Of a stretch of DNA of 64,000 nt, positions 31,994 to 41,899 are shown piece after piece (the first letter of the stretch is position 1; each line of letters starts with the position of its first letter). Position numbers and translations under genes: made by a program. Source of the DNA: an uncultured Planctomycetia bacterium. Lineage in GTDB: Bacteria > Omnitrophota > Gorgyraeia > Duberdicusellales > 4484-171. A model generated the notes under the pieces. It did not search any database. It was not told the DNA's origin and worked only from the letters and a program-made list of their open reading frames with translations. The DNA lies in NCBI GenBank assembly GCA_964635565.1, contig CAZWON010000001.1, forward strand, positions 135,020-199,019, in the 5' to 3' direction.

Positions 31994-32367
31994 TAAAATA
32001 GCCCCCTTTTGACTTCCATGATTTGTATATCTTCAGGTTTAAATTCTTTTTTTAATACAGGTATTGCTTTATAAGGGTCAACCTCTCCACAGACAAAGAT
32101 ATCTATAGCGGCATATTTATACTCTGGCCAGGAATGTATACTAATATGAGATTCTTTGATTATTGCTATACCTGATATGCCACCATAAGGAGTAAATTTG
32201 TGAAGGTCAATTTTAAGAAGAGTGGCTCCACATGCCTCAGCAGCTTTTTTAAGGATTTTTTTTATTTTAGGGAGAGAAGAGAGATTTTTTGCTTTCCACA
32301 ACTCTACTATAAGATGAATACCTGCGTATTTTATATAACCGTTAGTAGAACAAAATTCTTTTTTCAT
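31993..32367 (-). CDS. speD: S-adenosylmethionine decarboxylase proenzyme
   Basis: GIHLIVEL, HKFTP.GG, ESHISIHSWPE, DIFVCG. Confidence 0.93.
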   Translation of the reverse strand: MKKEFCSTNGYIKYAGIHLIVELWKAKNLSSLPKIKKILKKAAEACGATLLKIDLHKFTPYGGISGIAIIKESHISIHSWPEYKYAAIDIFVCGEVDPYKAIPVLKKEFKPEDIQIMEVKRGLF

Positions 32368-32473
32368 CCCCCCTAAATTGATATTTCCTTTCGGAATACA
32401 TAAGTTTTTTCAAATAATATTTAAGCAAAAAATTAACATTTTGCAAGAAAAAAATTAAAAATTTTTCTTCTTC

Positions 32474-32482
32474 TGGTATAAT
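32474..32482 (+). promoter_or_regulatory. Extended -10 promoter upstream of nth
   Basis: TGGTATAAT (TGn + TATAAT) in the divergent speD/nth gap. Confidence 0.5.
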
Positions 32483-32560
32483 TGAGATATCTGAATATTT
32501 TTTCTTAGTAGAGAAAATTATATAGTGAGAAATTTTATAACTTATAAACTTTAACTTTAA

Positions 32561-33217
32561 ATGTCTATGGTTATTTCCTATCGTAGAAGATTAAATCTTA
32601 TAGAAAAACAGCTGAGAAGCATAAATGCACCTTATATCTCTCGTATTTCTCAAAAAAAAGACCCTTTTAAAATTTTAGTTTCTTGTATATTAAGTTTACG
32701 CACTAAAGATGAGGTTACTGAAAAAGCAAGCAGGAATCTCTTTAAGAGGATAAAGAATCCTTCTGATCTATTAAAATACAAGAAAAGAGAAATAGAGAAA
32801 ATGATTTATCCCGTGGGTTTTTATAAGCGCAAGGCTAAGATTTTGCAGGAAATTGCCAGAAAAATAGTTACCCACTACCACCAGAGAGTTCCTCCTAAGG
32901 AGGAGGATCTTCTTGCCTTTAAAGGTGTGGGTAGAAAAACTGCTAACTTAGTATTAGGGTTGGGTTTTGGAATGCCTGCAATATGTGTAGATACCCATGT
33001 ACATAGAATATCTAACCGTTTAGGATGGGTAAAAACGCAGTATCCTCATCAGACAGAGGATAAGTTAAAAAGAATCATACCTCGCTCTCTTTGGGTTAAA
33101 TTAAATACAATTTTAGTTGCTTTCGGAAGGAACATATGTGTTCCTGTCTCTCCTTGGTGCAGTAAATGTTGGATTAACAAGTATTGTAAAAAAAGAGGAG
33201 TTAGAAGAAACCGCTAA
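32561..33217 (+). CDS. nth: Endonuclease III
   Basis: HhH GVGRKTAN, VDTHVHR, C-x6-C-x2-C-x5-C Fe-S motif. Confidence 0.95.
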   Translation: MSMVISYRRRLNLIEKQLRSINAPYISRISQKKDPFKILVSCILSLRTKDEVTEKASRNLFKRIKNPSDLLKYKKREIEKMIYPVGFYKRKAKILQEIARKIVTHYHQRVPPKEEDLLAFKGVGRKTANLVLGLGFGMPAICVDTHVHRISNRLGWVKTQYPHQTEDKLKRIIPRSLWVKLNTILVAFGRNICVPVSPWCSKCWINKYCKKRGVRRNR

Positions 33218-33234
33218 GTATATACAATTGAGCT

Positions 33235-34428
33235 ATGGTAGATAGTAGGTTGAGAGGGGTAAATATTGGTGGATGGCTTCTTATGGAGGGTTATCTTTTG
33301 GGAGGAAGAAATATTCCTGAGTGTGAATTTAAGAGAAAATTCAGAAGGATATATGGAAATAGAGAGTTAGATAGATTTGAAAATTGTTTCTATAATAACT
33401 TTATTACAGAAGACGACATAAGACATATTTCTTTATGGGGGGCAAATTGTATTAGAATTCCTTTTAACTTCAGGCTGTTTGGAACAAATCCTTCTTCTAA
33501 GAGTAAAGGATTTTGCTATTTAGATAAGATATTAAGCTTCTCGAAGAAATACAAACTAAAAGTTATTCTTGACTTGCATGCTACTTATGGAGGGCAGAAT
33601 CCTGATTGGCATGCGGATAATAGAGGAAAGGCGTGTCTTTGGGGAATGCCTTCTTTACAGAAGAAGACATATAAATTATGGGAGATAATCGCTACAAGAT
33701 ATAAAGAAGAGGACTATCTTTATGGCTATGATGTATTAAATGAGCCGGTTGTAGATAAGGAAAAGCTACCCATATTAAAAAAATTCTATAGTAACATTAT
33801 AGAAAGGATAAGGAAGGTTGATAAAAAACATATTATCTTTTTAGAAGGTAACTTATGGGCACAACAAATAGATTTCCTTAAAGATCTGTTAAGAGAAAAA
33901 GTTAATATAAGCATCCACACATATCAACCTCTCAATTTTACTTTTAATTTTAACCCTAACGTATCTTACCCCGGCCTTATAGATAAAGTAATGTGGGATA
34001 AGAATAGAATTCGTAAATATCTTAATCCTTATTATGAATTTAGCAGGCGATATAAAGTAAATATATTTGTAGGAGAATTTGGTATTAATTATAGAAAAAA
34101 TTGTGCAGGAGAGTTAACTTATTTGAATGACATTTTAGAGATATTTGAGGAATATGCTTTTAGTTATACTTATTGGACCTATAAGGCAGTCTATGGATTT
34201 ATCTTTCCTAATGGGATTTATCAGTATTTAAATAACAGTCCTTTTATAAAAAGAGAAGGACCAGTATATGGATGGGAAAATTATCTTAAATTATGGAAGA
34301 GTAAAAAGAAAGAAATTATTTCTTTCTGGAAAACAGATAATTTCTATCTTAATAAAAGAATTGTTGATATCTTGAGGAAATTTTTTCGTTTATCTTCCTT
34401 TAACAAAAGTAAGGAGGTTGTTAAATGA
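33235..34428 (+). CDS. Glycoside hydrolase family 5; no evident signal peptide
   Basis: RGVNIGGWL, IRIP, LDLH, catalytic NEP and GEFG, YWTYK. Confidence 0.88.
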   Translation: MVDSRLRGVNIGGWLLMEGYLLGGRNIPECEFKRKFRRIYGNRELDRFENCFYNNFITEDDIRHISLWGANCIRIPFNFRLFGTNPSSKSKGFCYLDKILSFSKKYKLKVILDLHATYGGQNPDWHADNRGKACLWGMPSLQKKTYKLWEIIATRYKEEDYLYGYDVLNEPVVDKEKLPILKKFYSNIIERIRKVDKKHIIFLEGNLWAQQIDFLKDLLREKVNISIHTYQPLNFTFNFNPNVSYPGLIDKVMWDKNRIRKYLNPYYEFSRRYKVNIFVGEFGINYRKNCAGELTYLNDILEIFEEYAFSYTYWTYKAVYGFIFPNGIYQYLNNSPFIKREGPVYGWENYLKLWKSKKKEIISFWKTDNFYLNKRIVDILRKFFRLSSFNKSKEVVK

Positions 34429-35054
34429 TTGTTCCTGCTATACTTACTAACAGTAAAAACGAATTTGTAGAGATGCTCAATGTTTGTAAAGAATTTACAG
34501 ATTTTGTGCAGATAGATATTATGGATGGTAAATTTGTACCTTCTAAGAGTGTCGATAAAAGCGAACTTAAAGGATTAAAGACCCCTTTGCGCTGTGAGGC
34601 CCATCTTATGGTAAATAATCCTTTAGAGTGGTTGAGTATTTTTGAAGAATTGAAGGCAGAACGGATTATTTTTCATTTTGAGATTAAAGAAGATAAAAAA
34701 GTTATTATTAAAGAAATAAGAAAAAAGGGATTTAAAGTAGGCTTGGCGGTTAATCCTGATACACCTATAGAAGATTTTAAGGAATTTATTAACAATGTGG
34801 ATATGATTCTTTTTATGTCCGTTATTCCCGGATTCTATGGGTCTAAGTTTATCCCTCCTGTATTAGATAAAGTAAAAGCATTTAAAAAATTGTATCCTTA
34901 CAAAAAGACAGGAATTGATGGAGGGATAAAAATAAGTAATGTAAGAAAAGTAAAAGAGGCAGGTTTAGATTATATCTATGTGGGAAGCGCAATATTAAAA
35001 GCAGTCTCTCCTTTTAAGACTTATATGGATTTTATTAAAGAAATTAATGAATAA
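34425..35054 (+). CDS. rpe: Ribulose-phosphate 3-epimerase
   Basis: DIMDGKFVP, AHLM, MSVIPGFYG, DGG. Confidence 0.92.
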   Translation: MIVPAILTNSKNEFVEMLNVCKEFTDFVQIDIMDGKFVPSKSVDKSELKGLKTPLRCEAHLMVNNPLEWLSIFEELKAERIIFHFEIKEDKKVIIKEIRKKGFKVGLAVNPDTPIEDFKEFINNVDMILFMSVIPGFYGSKFIPPVLDKVKAFKKLYPYKKTGIDGGIKISNVRKVKEAGLDYIYVGSAILKAVSPFKTYMDFIKEINE

Positions 35055-35859
35055 AGCTATAAGAATAGTGATTTTATTCTTTGTAGGTATGGTGCTTGTA
35101 TATAATTATTATTCTCACCATATAGCACAGCAGAATTTGGCTCTTCTGGGGAGAGAAAAAGATACTTTTGATAAAAAAGCTCTGTGGAATCCTCCTCAAA
35201 TTGCGTTGATTTTTGATGATTTGGGAGAAAGTATAAAAGACTTAAAAGAAATATATTCTCTGAAGATACCCGTAAGCGTTGCTGTTATACCTGGTTTAAA
35301 ATTCTCTAAAAATATCGCTTATATTGCAGAAAGGTGCAATTTTAGCACACTCATCCATCTTCCTTTGGAGCCAAAAGAATCAGAGAAATATTACACAAAG
35401 AAATATAAGTTTATAAGTACTTCTTTAACCCCGCAAGAAATAAAAAAATTACTGCGTTATTATTTAAATTCTTTAAGAGTGGCAGTAGGAGTAAGTACTC
35501 ATATGGGTTCAAAGGCTACCGAAGAAGGTTCTCTTATGAGGGTTGTCTTAGAGGAGATAAAGAAAAGAGAACTTATTTTTATAGATAGCCGGACTTCTTT
35601 AAAGTCTGTAGCCTATGATTTGGCAAGGAGAATGGATATTAAGGCAGGATATAATGAGGGATTTATAGATTCCTGTAGAGATAAAGTTAAGATGAGAGAA
35701 AAGATTTATAGCTTTTTGAAAGAAGCGAAAGAAAAAGGGAAAATTATTATTATTGCTCACCCGAAAAAGATAACTTTTGAAGTTCTTAAAGAAGAAATAC
35801 CTCATTTTAAAAAAGAAGTTTCTTTTATTACTATAGAAGAATATTTTGGTATTAAGTAA
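35047..35859 (+). CDS. Divergent polysaccharide deacetylase (YibQ-like) with N-terminal anchor
   Basis: IFDDLG, HLPLEP, HMGS, FIDSRT, IAHP. Confidence 0.85.
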   Translation: MNKAIRIVILFFVGMVLVYNYYSHHIAQQNLALLGREKDTFDKKALWNPPQIALIFDDLGESIKDLKEIYSLKIPVSVAVIPGLKFSKNIAYIAERCNFSTLIHLPLEPKESEKYYTKKYKFISTSLTPQEIKKLLRYYLNSLRVAVGVSTHMGSKATEEGSLMRVVLEEIKKRELIFIDSRTSLKSVAYDLARRMDIKAGYNEGFIDSCRDKVKMREKIYSFLKEAKEKGKIIIIAHPKKITFEVLKEEIPHFKKEVSFITIEEYFGIK

Positions 35860-35878
35860 GCAAAATTAATATAATTGA

Positions 35879-36427
35879 ATGGCAAAAGTTTTATTGCATA
35901 TTTGTTGTGGAGTATGTGCTTTTGGGAGCATTGAGAGGCTCAAAAATGAAGGGTTTTATGTTACAGGTTTTTTTTACAATCCTAATATTCACCCTTTAAG
36001 AGAATACGAAAGAAGAAGAAAAGTTTTGGATACAGTGAGAGAGAAAATGGAGATAGAAATAATTGAAGGAGTATATAATCCTAAGGAATGGTTTAGGCTA
36101 TGTAAAGACTATGCATGTGAGCCTGAAGGGGGTGCCCGTTGTTTAGTTTGTTATAAGATGCGTTTAGAAGAGACTTTATTTTTAAGTAAAAAATTATTTT
36201 TTGATTACTTTACTACTACTCTTACTATAAGTCCTTATAAAAAGACTGGCGTAATATTTGAGATAGGGAGGAGATTAGAAAAAGAGAAATTTCTGGACAT
36301 AGATTTTAAGAAAAAGGAGGGATTTAAGAGGGCAAAAGAATTAGCCAGCAAATATAATGTATATCGTCAAAACTATTGTGGTTGCGTTTATAGCTTAATA
36401 GAGAAAAGGAAAAAATTAGTCAAATGA
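35879..36427 (+). CDS. queH: Epoxyqueuosine reductase QueH (DUF208)
   Basis: LLHICC..C, YNPNIHP, EGGARC..C, TTTLTISPYK, YRQNYCGC. Confidence 0.9.
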   Translation: MAKVLLHICCGVCAFGSIERLKNEGFYVTGFFYNPNIHPLREYERRRKVLDTVREKMEIEIIEGVYNPKEWFRLCKDYACEPEGGARCLVCYKMRLEETLFLSKKLFFDYFTTTLTISPYKKTGVIFEIGRRLEKEKFLDIDFKKKEGFKRAKELASKYNVYRQNYCGCVYSLIEKRKKLVK

Positions 36428-37356
36428 ATTACTATTATTCTTTTAATAAATATTTGAAAGAAACTTTTGGCGAACGGGTGCATCGTTTAAGTTTAAATGC
36501 AGGGTTTAGTTGTCCTAATATAGACGGAACATTAAGTAAAAAAGGGTGTATATTTTGCAACAATAAAGCTTTTAGTTACTTCTCTAATAATAGAAGCTCA
36601 TCCTTAGAAGAACAGATAACTAAAGCTATGGATTACGCAAGAAGACGCTACAAAGCAAATAAATTTATTGCTTACTTTCAGAGTTTTACTAATACTTATG
36701 GTGATATTAATACTTTGAAAGAAAAATATAGAGTAATAAACAACTTTAAGGATATTGTGGGCCTGGCTATATCTACACGGTGTGATTGTATTGACGAGGA
36801 AAAATTAGATTTAATTGAAAGTTTTTCCAGAAAATATACTGTTTTTATTGAATATGGCCTGCAGACAGTACATGATAAGACTTTAAGGTATATAAATCGG
36901 AATCATACATTCAGTGATTTTAAAAAAGCAGCAGAGATGACTTCAAGAAGAAAAACGATTAAAGTTGGTGCCCATATTATTTTAGGGTTGCCTAACGAAT
37001 CTAAGGAAATGATGCTTACTACAGCAGAAGTACTATCTACACTGCCTCTTTGGGGAATAAAATTTCATTGCTTACATGTTGTTAAGCAAACTCCTTTAGA
37101 GAATATGTACAATGAAGGTAAAATAAAACTTTTGTCTGAAGATGAATATATAGATATTCTGATAAGTTTTCTTGAAGTTATACCAAAAGAATATGTAATT
37201 TTGAGGTTAATTTCTGATGCTGATAGAAGATTCTTAGTTGCTCCTTTATGGATAAATGAAAAGCAGAGAATTCTAAGGAGAATCGAAGAAGAGTTTAAGA
37301 AGAGGTCAACTTATCAAGGTAGGTTATATGAAAGCTTTAGTTGTAAGAGTGCATAA
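36424..37356 (+). CDS. Radical SAM protein, TIGR01212/YhcC family
   Basis: GFSCPNIDG...GCIFC, YFQSFTNTY, EYGLQT, INRNH. Confidence 0.88.
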   Translation: MNYYYSFNKYLKETFGERVHRLSLNAGFSCPNIDGTLSKKGCIFCNNKAFSYFSNNRSSSLEEQITKAMDYARRRYKANKFIAYFQSFTNTYGDINTLKEKYRVINNFKDIVGLAISTRCDCIDEEKLDLIESFSRKYTVFIEYGLQTVHDKTLRYINRNHTFSDFKKAAEMTSRRKTIKVGAHIILGLPNESKEMMLTTAEVLSTLPLWGIKFHCLHVVKQTPLENMYNEGKIKLLSEDEYIDILISFLEVIPKEYVILRLISDADRRFLVAPLWINEKQRILRRIEEEFKKRSTYQGRLYESFSCKSA

Positions 37357-37765
37357 AGCAGAGATTAAAGTTAGAGAGAAGATAATCTCTTCTATTAAAG
37401 ATGGTATTGTTCTTTTTTTGGGAATAGCAAAGAAAGATACGGATGAGTCATTGCTGAGGATTGCAGATAAAGTTGTTAACCTAAGAATATTTGAAGATGA
37501 AAAGGGTAAACTGCAATTTTCTCTTAAAGAAAAGAATTGTTCTCTTATGTGTATCTCTAATTTCACCTTATGTGCTAATACTAATAAAGGACGGCGTCCT
37601 TCCTTTGAAGAAGTAATGTGTGCTAAAGATGCACGAGAGATTTTTGATAATTTTGTTGTGTTGTTGCGTTCTAAGGGGATAGATGTTAAGGAAGGTATTT
37701 TTGGGGAGCATATGGAGATTGATTTGGAAATGGATGGGCCTCTGAATATAGTTCTCAGTGATTAA
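37328..37765 (+). CDS. dtd: D-aminoacyl-tRNA deacylase
   Basis: NLRIFEDE, SNFTL, KGRRPSF, DGP. Confidence 0.92.
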   Translation: MKALVVRVHKAEIKVREKIISSIKDGIVLFLGIAKKDTDESLLRIADKVVNLRIFEDEKGKLQFSLKEKNCSLMCISNFTLCANTNKGRRPSFEEVMCAKDAREIFDNFVVLLRSKGIDVKEGIFGEHMEIDLEMDGPLNIVLSD

Positions 37766-37839
37766 TTTAGTATTGTATAATAAAGCAGGTAAAGGTGATA
37801 CATACAATCATATGGTTTGCTTAAAGAGAGGGAAAATCA

Positions 37840-38607
37840 ATGCATCCTGTATTATTTAAAATAGGCCCCATAACTATTTATACGTATGGAGTTTTTGTTT
37901 TTTTGGGAGTGATAAGCGTTTATTGGCTTTCTTTAAGGGAAGCACAAGGGAGTAAAATAGATAAAGAAAAGTTTTCTAATCTATTTTTCTGGACAGTTAT
38001 TTCGGGGTTTATAGGAGCTCGCCTTTTATATGTTTTATTAGAATGGAGATGGTTTATCAAGCATCCTTTTGAAGTTATTTTTTCTTCTAGTGGCTTTGTC
38101 TTTTATGGAGGCATAATAGGGGGAGTTATTGCCTTTTGTATTTTTGTTAGAAAATATGGATGGAGTCTTAAGAAGATAGCAGATATAGTAGGAGTTTATA
38201 TTCCCTGTGGCCATGCAATAGGACGTCTGGGGTGTTTTTATTATGGTTGTTGTTATGGTAAGCCTACAAATTCTTGGATAGGAATACTTTTCCCTCCAGA
38301 AAGTCCTGCAGGAATGTTAAGGGAAAAGGTCATTCCTACACAACTTATTTCGTCTTTTTTTCTTCTATTAATTTTTATTTTCTTAATAATTTTGAAAAAA
38401 TACAAGAAGTTCGACGGTCAAATTATTCTGTCTTATTTTATTCTTTATGGGATATTTAGATTTATTATCGAGTTTTTTAGAGGCGACCCTCGAGGATTTA
38501 TAGGAATATTCTCTCTTTCCCAGTGGCTATCTATTATTATTATTGCTATCGCTTTTTGTTTATGGGTAAAGTCTTATAAAATAGCACAGAGAAAATTTTT
38601 ATTGTAA
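37840..38607 (+). CDS. lgt: Prolipoprotein diacylglyceryl transferase
   Basis: GARL.Y, FYGG, IGRLGC, PTQL, RFIIEFFRGD. Confidence 0.93.
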   Translation: MHPVLFKIGPITIYTYGVFVFLGVISVYWLSLREAQGSKIDKEKFSNLFFWTVISGFIGARLLYVLLEWRWFIKHPFEVIFSSSGFVFYGGIIGGVIAFCIFVRKYGWSLKKIADIVGVYIPCGHAIGRLGCFYYGCCYGKPTNSWIGILFPPESPAGMLREKVIPTQLISSFFLLLIFIFLIILKKYKKFDGQIILSYFILYGIFRFIIEFFRGDPRGFIGIFSLSQWLSIIIIAIAFCLWVKSYKIAQRKFLL

Positions 38608-38673
38608 TTTGTTTTATAAAGAGATTGGTCTTTTTAAGATGTTGATAACCTTCTGGTTGAAAGAATAAATCAA

Positions 38674-38702
38674 TTGACATAGTTATTTTCTTCTCATAAA
38701 CT
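38674..38702 (+). promoter_or_regulatory. Sigma70-type promoter for mgtE, predicted leaderless
   Basis: TTGACA-17 nt-TAAACT, then 7 nt to the ATG at 38710; no SD. Confidence 0.65.
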
Positions 38703-38709
38703 AATTAAT

Positions 38710-40056
38710 ATGTTAGAGAATAAGAGTATTCTTAACATCGAAAAACTTATTGGGGAAAAAAGATTCGCTGAGCTTAAAAATAACATTCCTGAACATCCTG
38801 AGGATATTGCTAATCTTATATCTACTATTCCCAAGCCCTCGATACGTATTTTTGTATTTAGAATGATTCCTACTGATAAAGCAGTGGAAGTATTTGAGTA
38901 TCTCCCTTTAGAAGAACAGGAAGAGATGATTAAGTCGTTGACTAGCAAAGAGATACAGAATATTTTGAATGAAATGTCTCCTGATGACAGAACTGAGCTT
39001 TTTGAAGAAATGCCTGCAGAATTAGTAAAACGCTGTTTAAACTTACTTTCTGTAGAAGAACGAAAAATTGCTTTGCAGATTCTTAATTATCCTGAGGATT
39101 CAGTGGGAAGACTTATTACGCCTGATTTTGTTCAGTTATATGAAGATATGACTGTAGAAAGTGCTTTAGAACATATTCGCAAAGTGGGACTTAAACAGGA
39201 AACAATATACCATTGCTATGTTTTAGATAGAGAAAAGCACCTTCAAGGCGTAGTGTCGTTAAAAAAAGTAGTGTTGGCTTCTCCCCAGACTAAAATAAAA
39301 CAATTGATGTTTAAAGATATAATAAAGGTTAATGCTTATACAGATAGAGAGGAAGCTGCTAATATATTTAAAAAATACGATTTGATTGCTCTCCCTGTCG
39401 TTGATAATAACAATAAATTGTTAGGAATCGTTACTTTTGATGATCTTGTTGATGTGTTAGAAGATGAAGCGACAGAGGATTTTGAAAAAATAGCTGCTGT
39501 TCTTCCTGTAGAAGAACCGTATATGGAAGCTAATTTTTTGAAAATCGTATGGAAACGGAGTTTTTGGTTAATTCTTTTAGCAGTTTTTGAGTCAATTTCA
39601 GGTTTTGTATTACAGCGCTATGGTGAGGCAATTCATCAATGGATTGCTCTTACCTTTTTTTTACCTGTATTAGTAGCAACAGGAGGTAATGCAGGTACAC
39701 AATCAGCTACTATTATTATAAGGAGTTTGGCTGTAGGAGATATAAACATCAAGGATTTTATCCGAGTAGTATTCAGGGAATCATTAATTGGTATTGCTAT
39801 GGGTGTAATTTTGGCAATAGTAGGGGTGGTAAGGGTATTTTTTCAACAGAGTAACTGGCTGTTGAGTATTTCTGTAGGAATTTCTATGGGAATCACTATA
39901 TTTTTAGCAGCAATTATAGGAGCAAGTCTTCCTCTTATATGCAGAAAAATAAATGTTGACCCTGCAGCAATGAGCGGACCTTTAATTACTACCCTCATTG
40001 ATGTAGGGGGGATTTTTCTTTATTTTGAAATAGCAAGATTAATTTTAGGAATATGA
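38710..40056 (+). CDS. mgtE: Magnesium transporter MgtE
   Basis: N domain, CBS pair, GGNAGTQ, DPA..SGPLITT..D. Confidence 0.95.
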   Translation: MLENKSILNIEKLIGEKRFAELKNNIPEHPEDIANLISTIPKPSIRIFVFRMIPTDKAVEVFEYLPLEEQEEMIKSLTSKEIQNILNEMSPDDRTELFEEMPAELVKRCLNLLSVEERKIALQILNYPEDSVGRLITPDFVQLYEDMTVESALEHIRKVGLKQETIYHCYVLDREKHLQGVVSLKKVVLASPQTKIKQLMFKDIIKVNAYTDREEAANIFKKYDLIALPVVDNNNKLLGIVTFDDLVDVLEDEATEDFEKIAAVLPVEEPYMEANFLKIVWKRSFWLILLAVFESISGFVLQRYGEAIHQWIALTFFLPVLVATGGNAGTQSATIIIRSLAVGDINIKDFIRVVFRESLIGIAMGVILAIVGVVRVFFQQSNWLLSISVGISMGITIFLAAIIGASLPLICRKINVDPAAMSGPLITTLIDVGGIFLYFEIARLILGI

Positions 40057-41099
40057 GAAAAATTTTAGTTATTATATTAACCGCAATCTTTATGGGAGGA
40101 TGTGTTACATTACCAAGAAAACTTCCCGAATCAGAAGAAGCTTTTCCTTCTTATGTGGAGCTGGCTAATTTCTGCAAAAAACATAAGCTTATATATAATT
40201 TTAATACATTAGATGATGTTATTTATCTTTCTTCTTCTGATATTGAAGCACGGCTTCTTATTGACTCATTATATTTTTTATGTAATGGGAAATTGTTTTT
40301 TCTTAAGAAATCACCTCTTTATATTAAAGGGAATATTTTTCTTCCTGTAGAGATTGAAAGAATTATAACTTTAAATCCTCCTGTGTTTAGAAAGAAAATA
40401 AAGCCTATTTCTATAAAAACTATTGTTATCGATGCTGGCCATGGAGGAAAAGATCCAGGAGCTATATCTCGAAAAGGTCTTAAGGAAAAATATGTAACTC
40501 TTAAAATAGCTCGTCTCTTAAAAAAAGAGCTTCAAGCAATGGGGTTTAAGGTATATCTTACACGCAGTAAAGATATATACCTTACTTTAAAACAGCGTGT
40601 TCAGTTGGCAAAAATATACAACGCAGATTTATTTATTAGTGTCCATGCTAACTCTAATCGCTCACGTAAAGTAAGGGGAGTTGAGGTGTATTATCTCTCC
40701 GAGAATTATTTTGATAGTGAATCAAAAGCATTAGTAATGGCAGAAAATGCTCCCTTGTATTCTAAGAAAGGCGAGTTTTCTAAAGATACACAGAGAATAT
40801 TATGGGATCTTATGTGTAATGAACATAATAAAGAATCTTTAGATTTTGCTAATACTATTGTTTATACCTTAAGAAAAATGGGATTTAAGGTTCGGTCTCC
40901 TCGTGGTGCCCCTTTTTATGTTTTAAAATATGCTTATGTTCCAAGTGTTCTTGTAGAGGTTGGCTATCTTAGCAACCCTTATGAAGAGAGATTGTTGAGA
41001 AAATCTTATTATCAGAAACAAATTGTTCACGGGATTGCTTTAAGTGTTGATTTACTTAACAGAAGATACTCTAAACTGACTAATTTAGCCCATAAATGA
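40053..41099 (+). CDS. N-acetylmuramoyl-L-alanine amidase (Amidase_3), probable lipoprotein
   Basis: Lipobox-like MGGC; DAGHGGKDPGA, EK, SVHAN, LVEVGY. Confidence 0.9.
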   Translation: MRKILVIILTAIFMGGCVTLPRKLPESEEAFPSYVELANFCKKHKLIYNFNTLDDVIYLSSSDIEARLLIDSLYFLCNGKLFFLKKSPLYIKGNIFLPVEIERIITLNPPVFRKKIKPISIKTIVIDAGHGGKDPGAISRKGLKEKYVTLKIARLLKKELQAMGFKVYLTRSKDIYLTLKQRVQLAKIYNADLFISVHANSNRSRKVRGVEVYYLSENYFDSESKALVMAENAPLYSKKGEFSKDTQRILWDLMCNEHNKESLDFANTIVYTLRKMGFKVRSPRGAPFYVLKYAYVPSVLVEVGYLSNPYEERLLRKSYYQKQIVHGIALSVDLLNRRYSKLTNLAHK

Positions 41100-41899
41100 T
41101 GAGAATAGATTATAGACCTATCGGGATATTTGATTCCGGCGTTGGTGGACTTACAGTTTTAAAGGAGGTAGAGAAAATTCTTCCTTATGAGAATATAATC
41201 TATTTTGGTGATACAGCAAGGGTTCCTTATGGGGGAAAGTCTAAAAGTACAATTATTCGTTTTACTACAGAAAGTGTTCTTTTTCTTCTAAAGAAAAAAG
41301 TAAAATTAGTGGTGATAGCATGTAATACTTCTTCCAGTTTAGCTTTAGATTATCTTAAAAGCATCTTTACTGTTCCTATATTAGGAGTAATTGATCCCGC
41401 AGTAAAGAAAGCCGTAGCCGTGTCGAAAAAAAAAGAGAAAAAAATAGGAGTCATTGGTACAAAATCTACTGTTGCTAGCAGGTTATACCAGAAGAAAATT
41501 ACCCTTTTAGACAAAGCTATTAAGGTCTATGCAAAAGCTTGTCCTTTATTTGTTCCTTTGGTAGAGGAGGGATTATTAAAAGGTGACATTGTCAATAAAA
41601 TTGTCCATCTGTATTTAAAAGATTTAAAAGGGAAAATAGATACCTTAGTATTAGGATGTACACATTACCCCTTGCTTAAAGATTCCATAGGTAAATATTT
41701 AAGAAATGTCTATATGGTGGATTCAGCTTCGGAAGTGGCAAAAAAGGTGAAGGAAATATTAATAGAAAACAATATTTTTAATAAAAAGAAGACTAATTTT
41801 AAAAGATTTTATGTGACAGATGAACCTAAGGAATTTATGAAAATAGCAAGAATATTTTTGAATAATAACTTCGAGAAGCCAAAGTTAATAAATGTTTGA
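41096..41899 (+). CDS. murI: Glutamate racemase
   Basis: FDSGVGG, PYG, ACNT, LGCTHY. Confidence 0.96.
   Translation: MMRIDYRPIGIFDSGVGGLTVLKEVEKILPYENIIYFGDTARVPYGGKSKSTIIRFTTESVLFLLKKKVKLVVIACNTSSSLALDYLKSIFTVPILGVIDPAVKKAVAVSKKKEKKIGVIGTKSTVASRLYQKKITLLDKAIKVYAKACPLFVPLVEEGLLKGDIVNKIVHLYLKDLKGKIDTLVLGCTHYPLLKDSIGKYLRNVYMVDSASEVAKKVKEILIENNIFNKKKTNFKRFYVTDEPKEFMKIARIFLNNNFEKPKLINV

Noticed and set aside
3143-37824. TGGTTTGCTTAA in two intergenic gaps (3143-3154 and 37813-37824)
   Set aside because: Only two copies of a 12-mer before unrelated genes; compatible with chance.
38608-38709. M-box riboswitch upstream of mgtE
   Set aside because: The gap is only about 100 nt, shows no recognisable consensus, and a promoter abuts the start codon.
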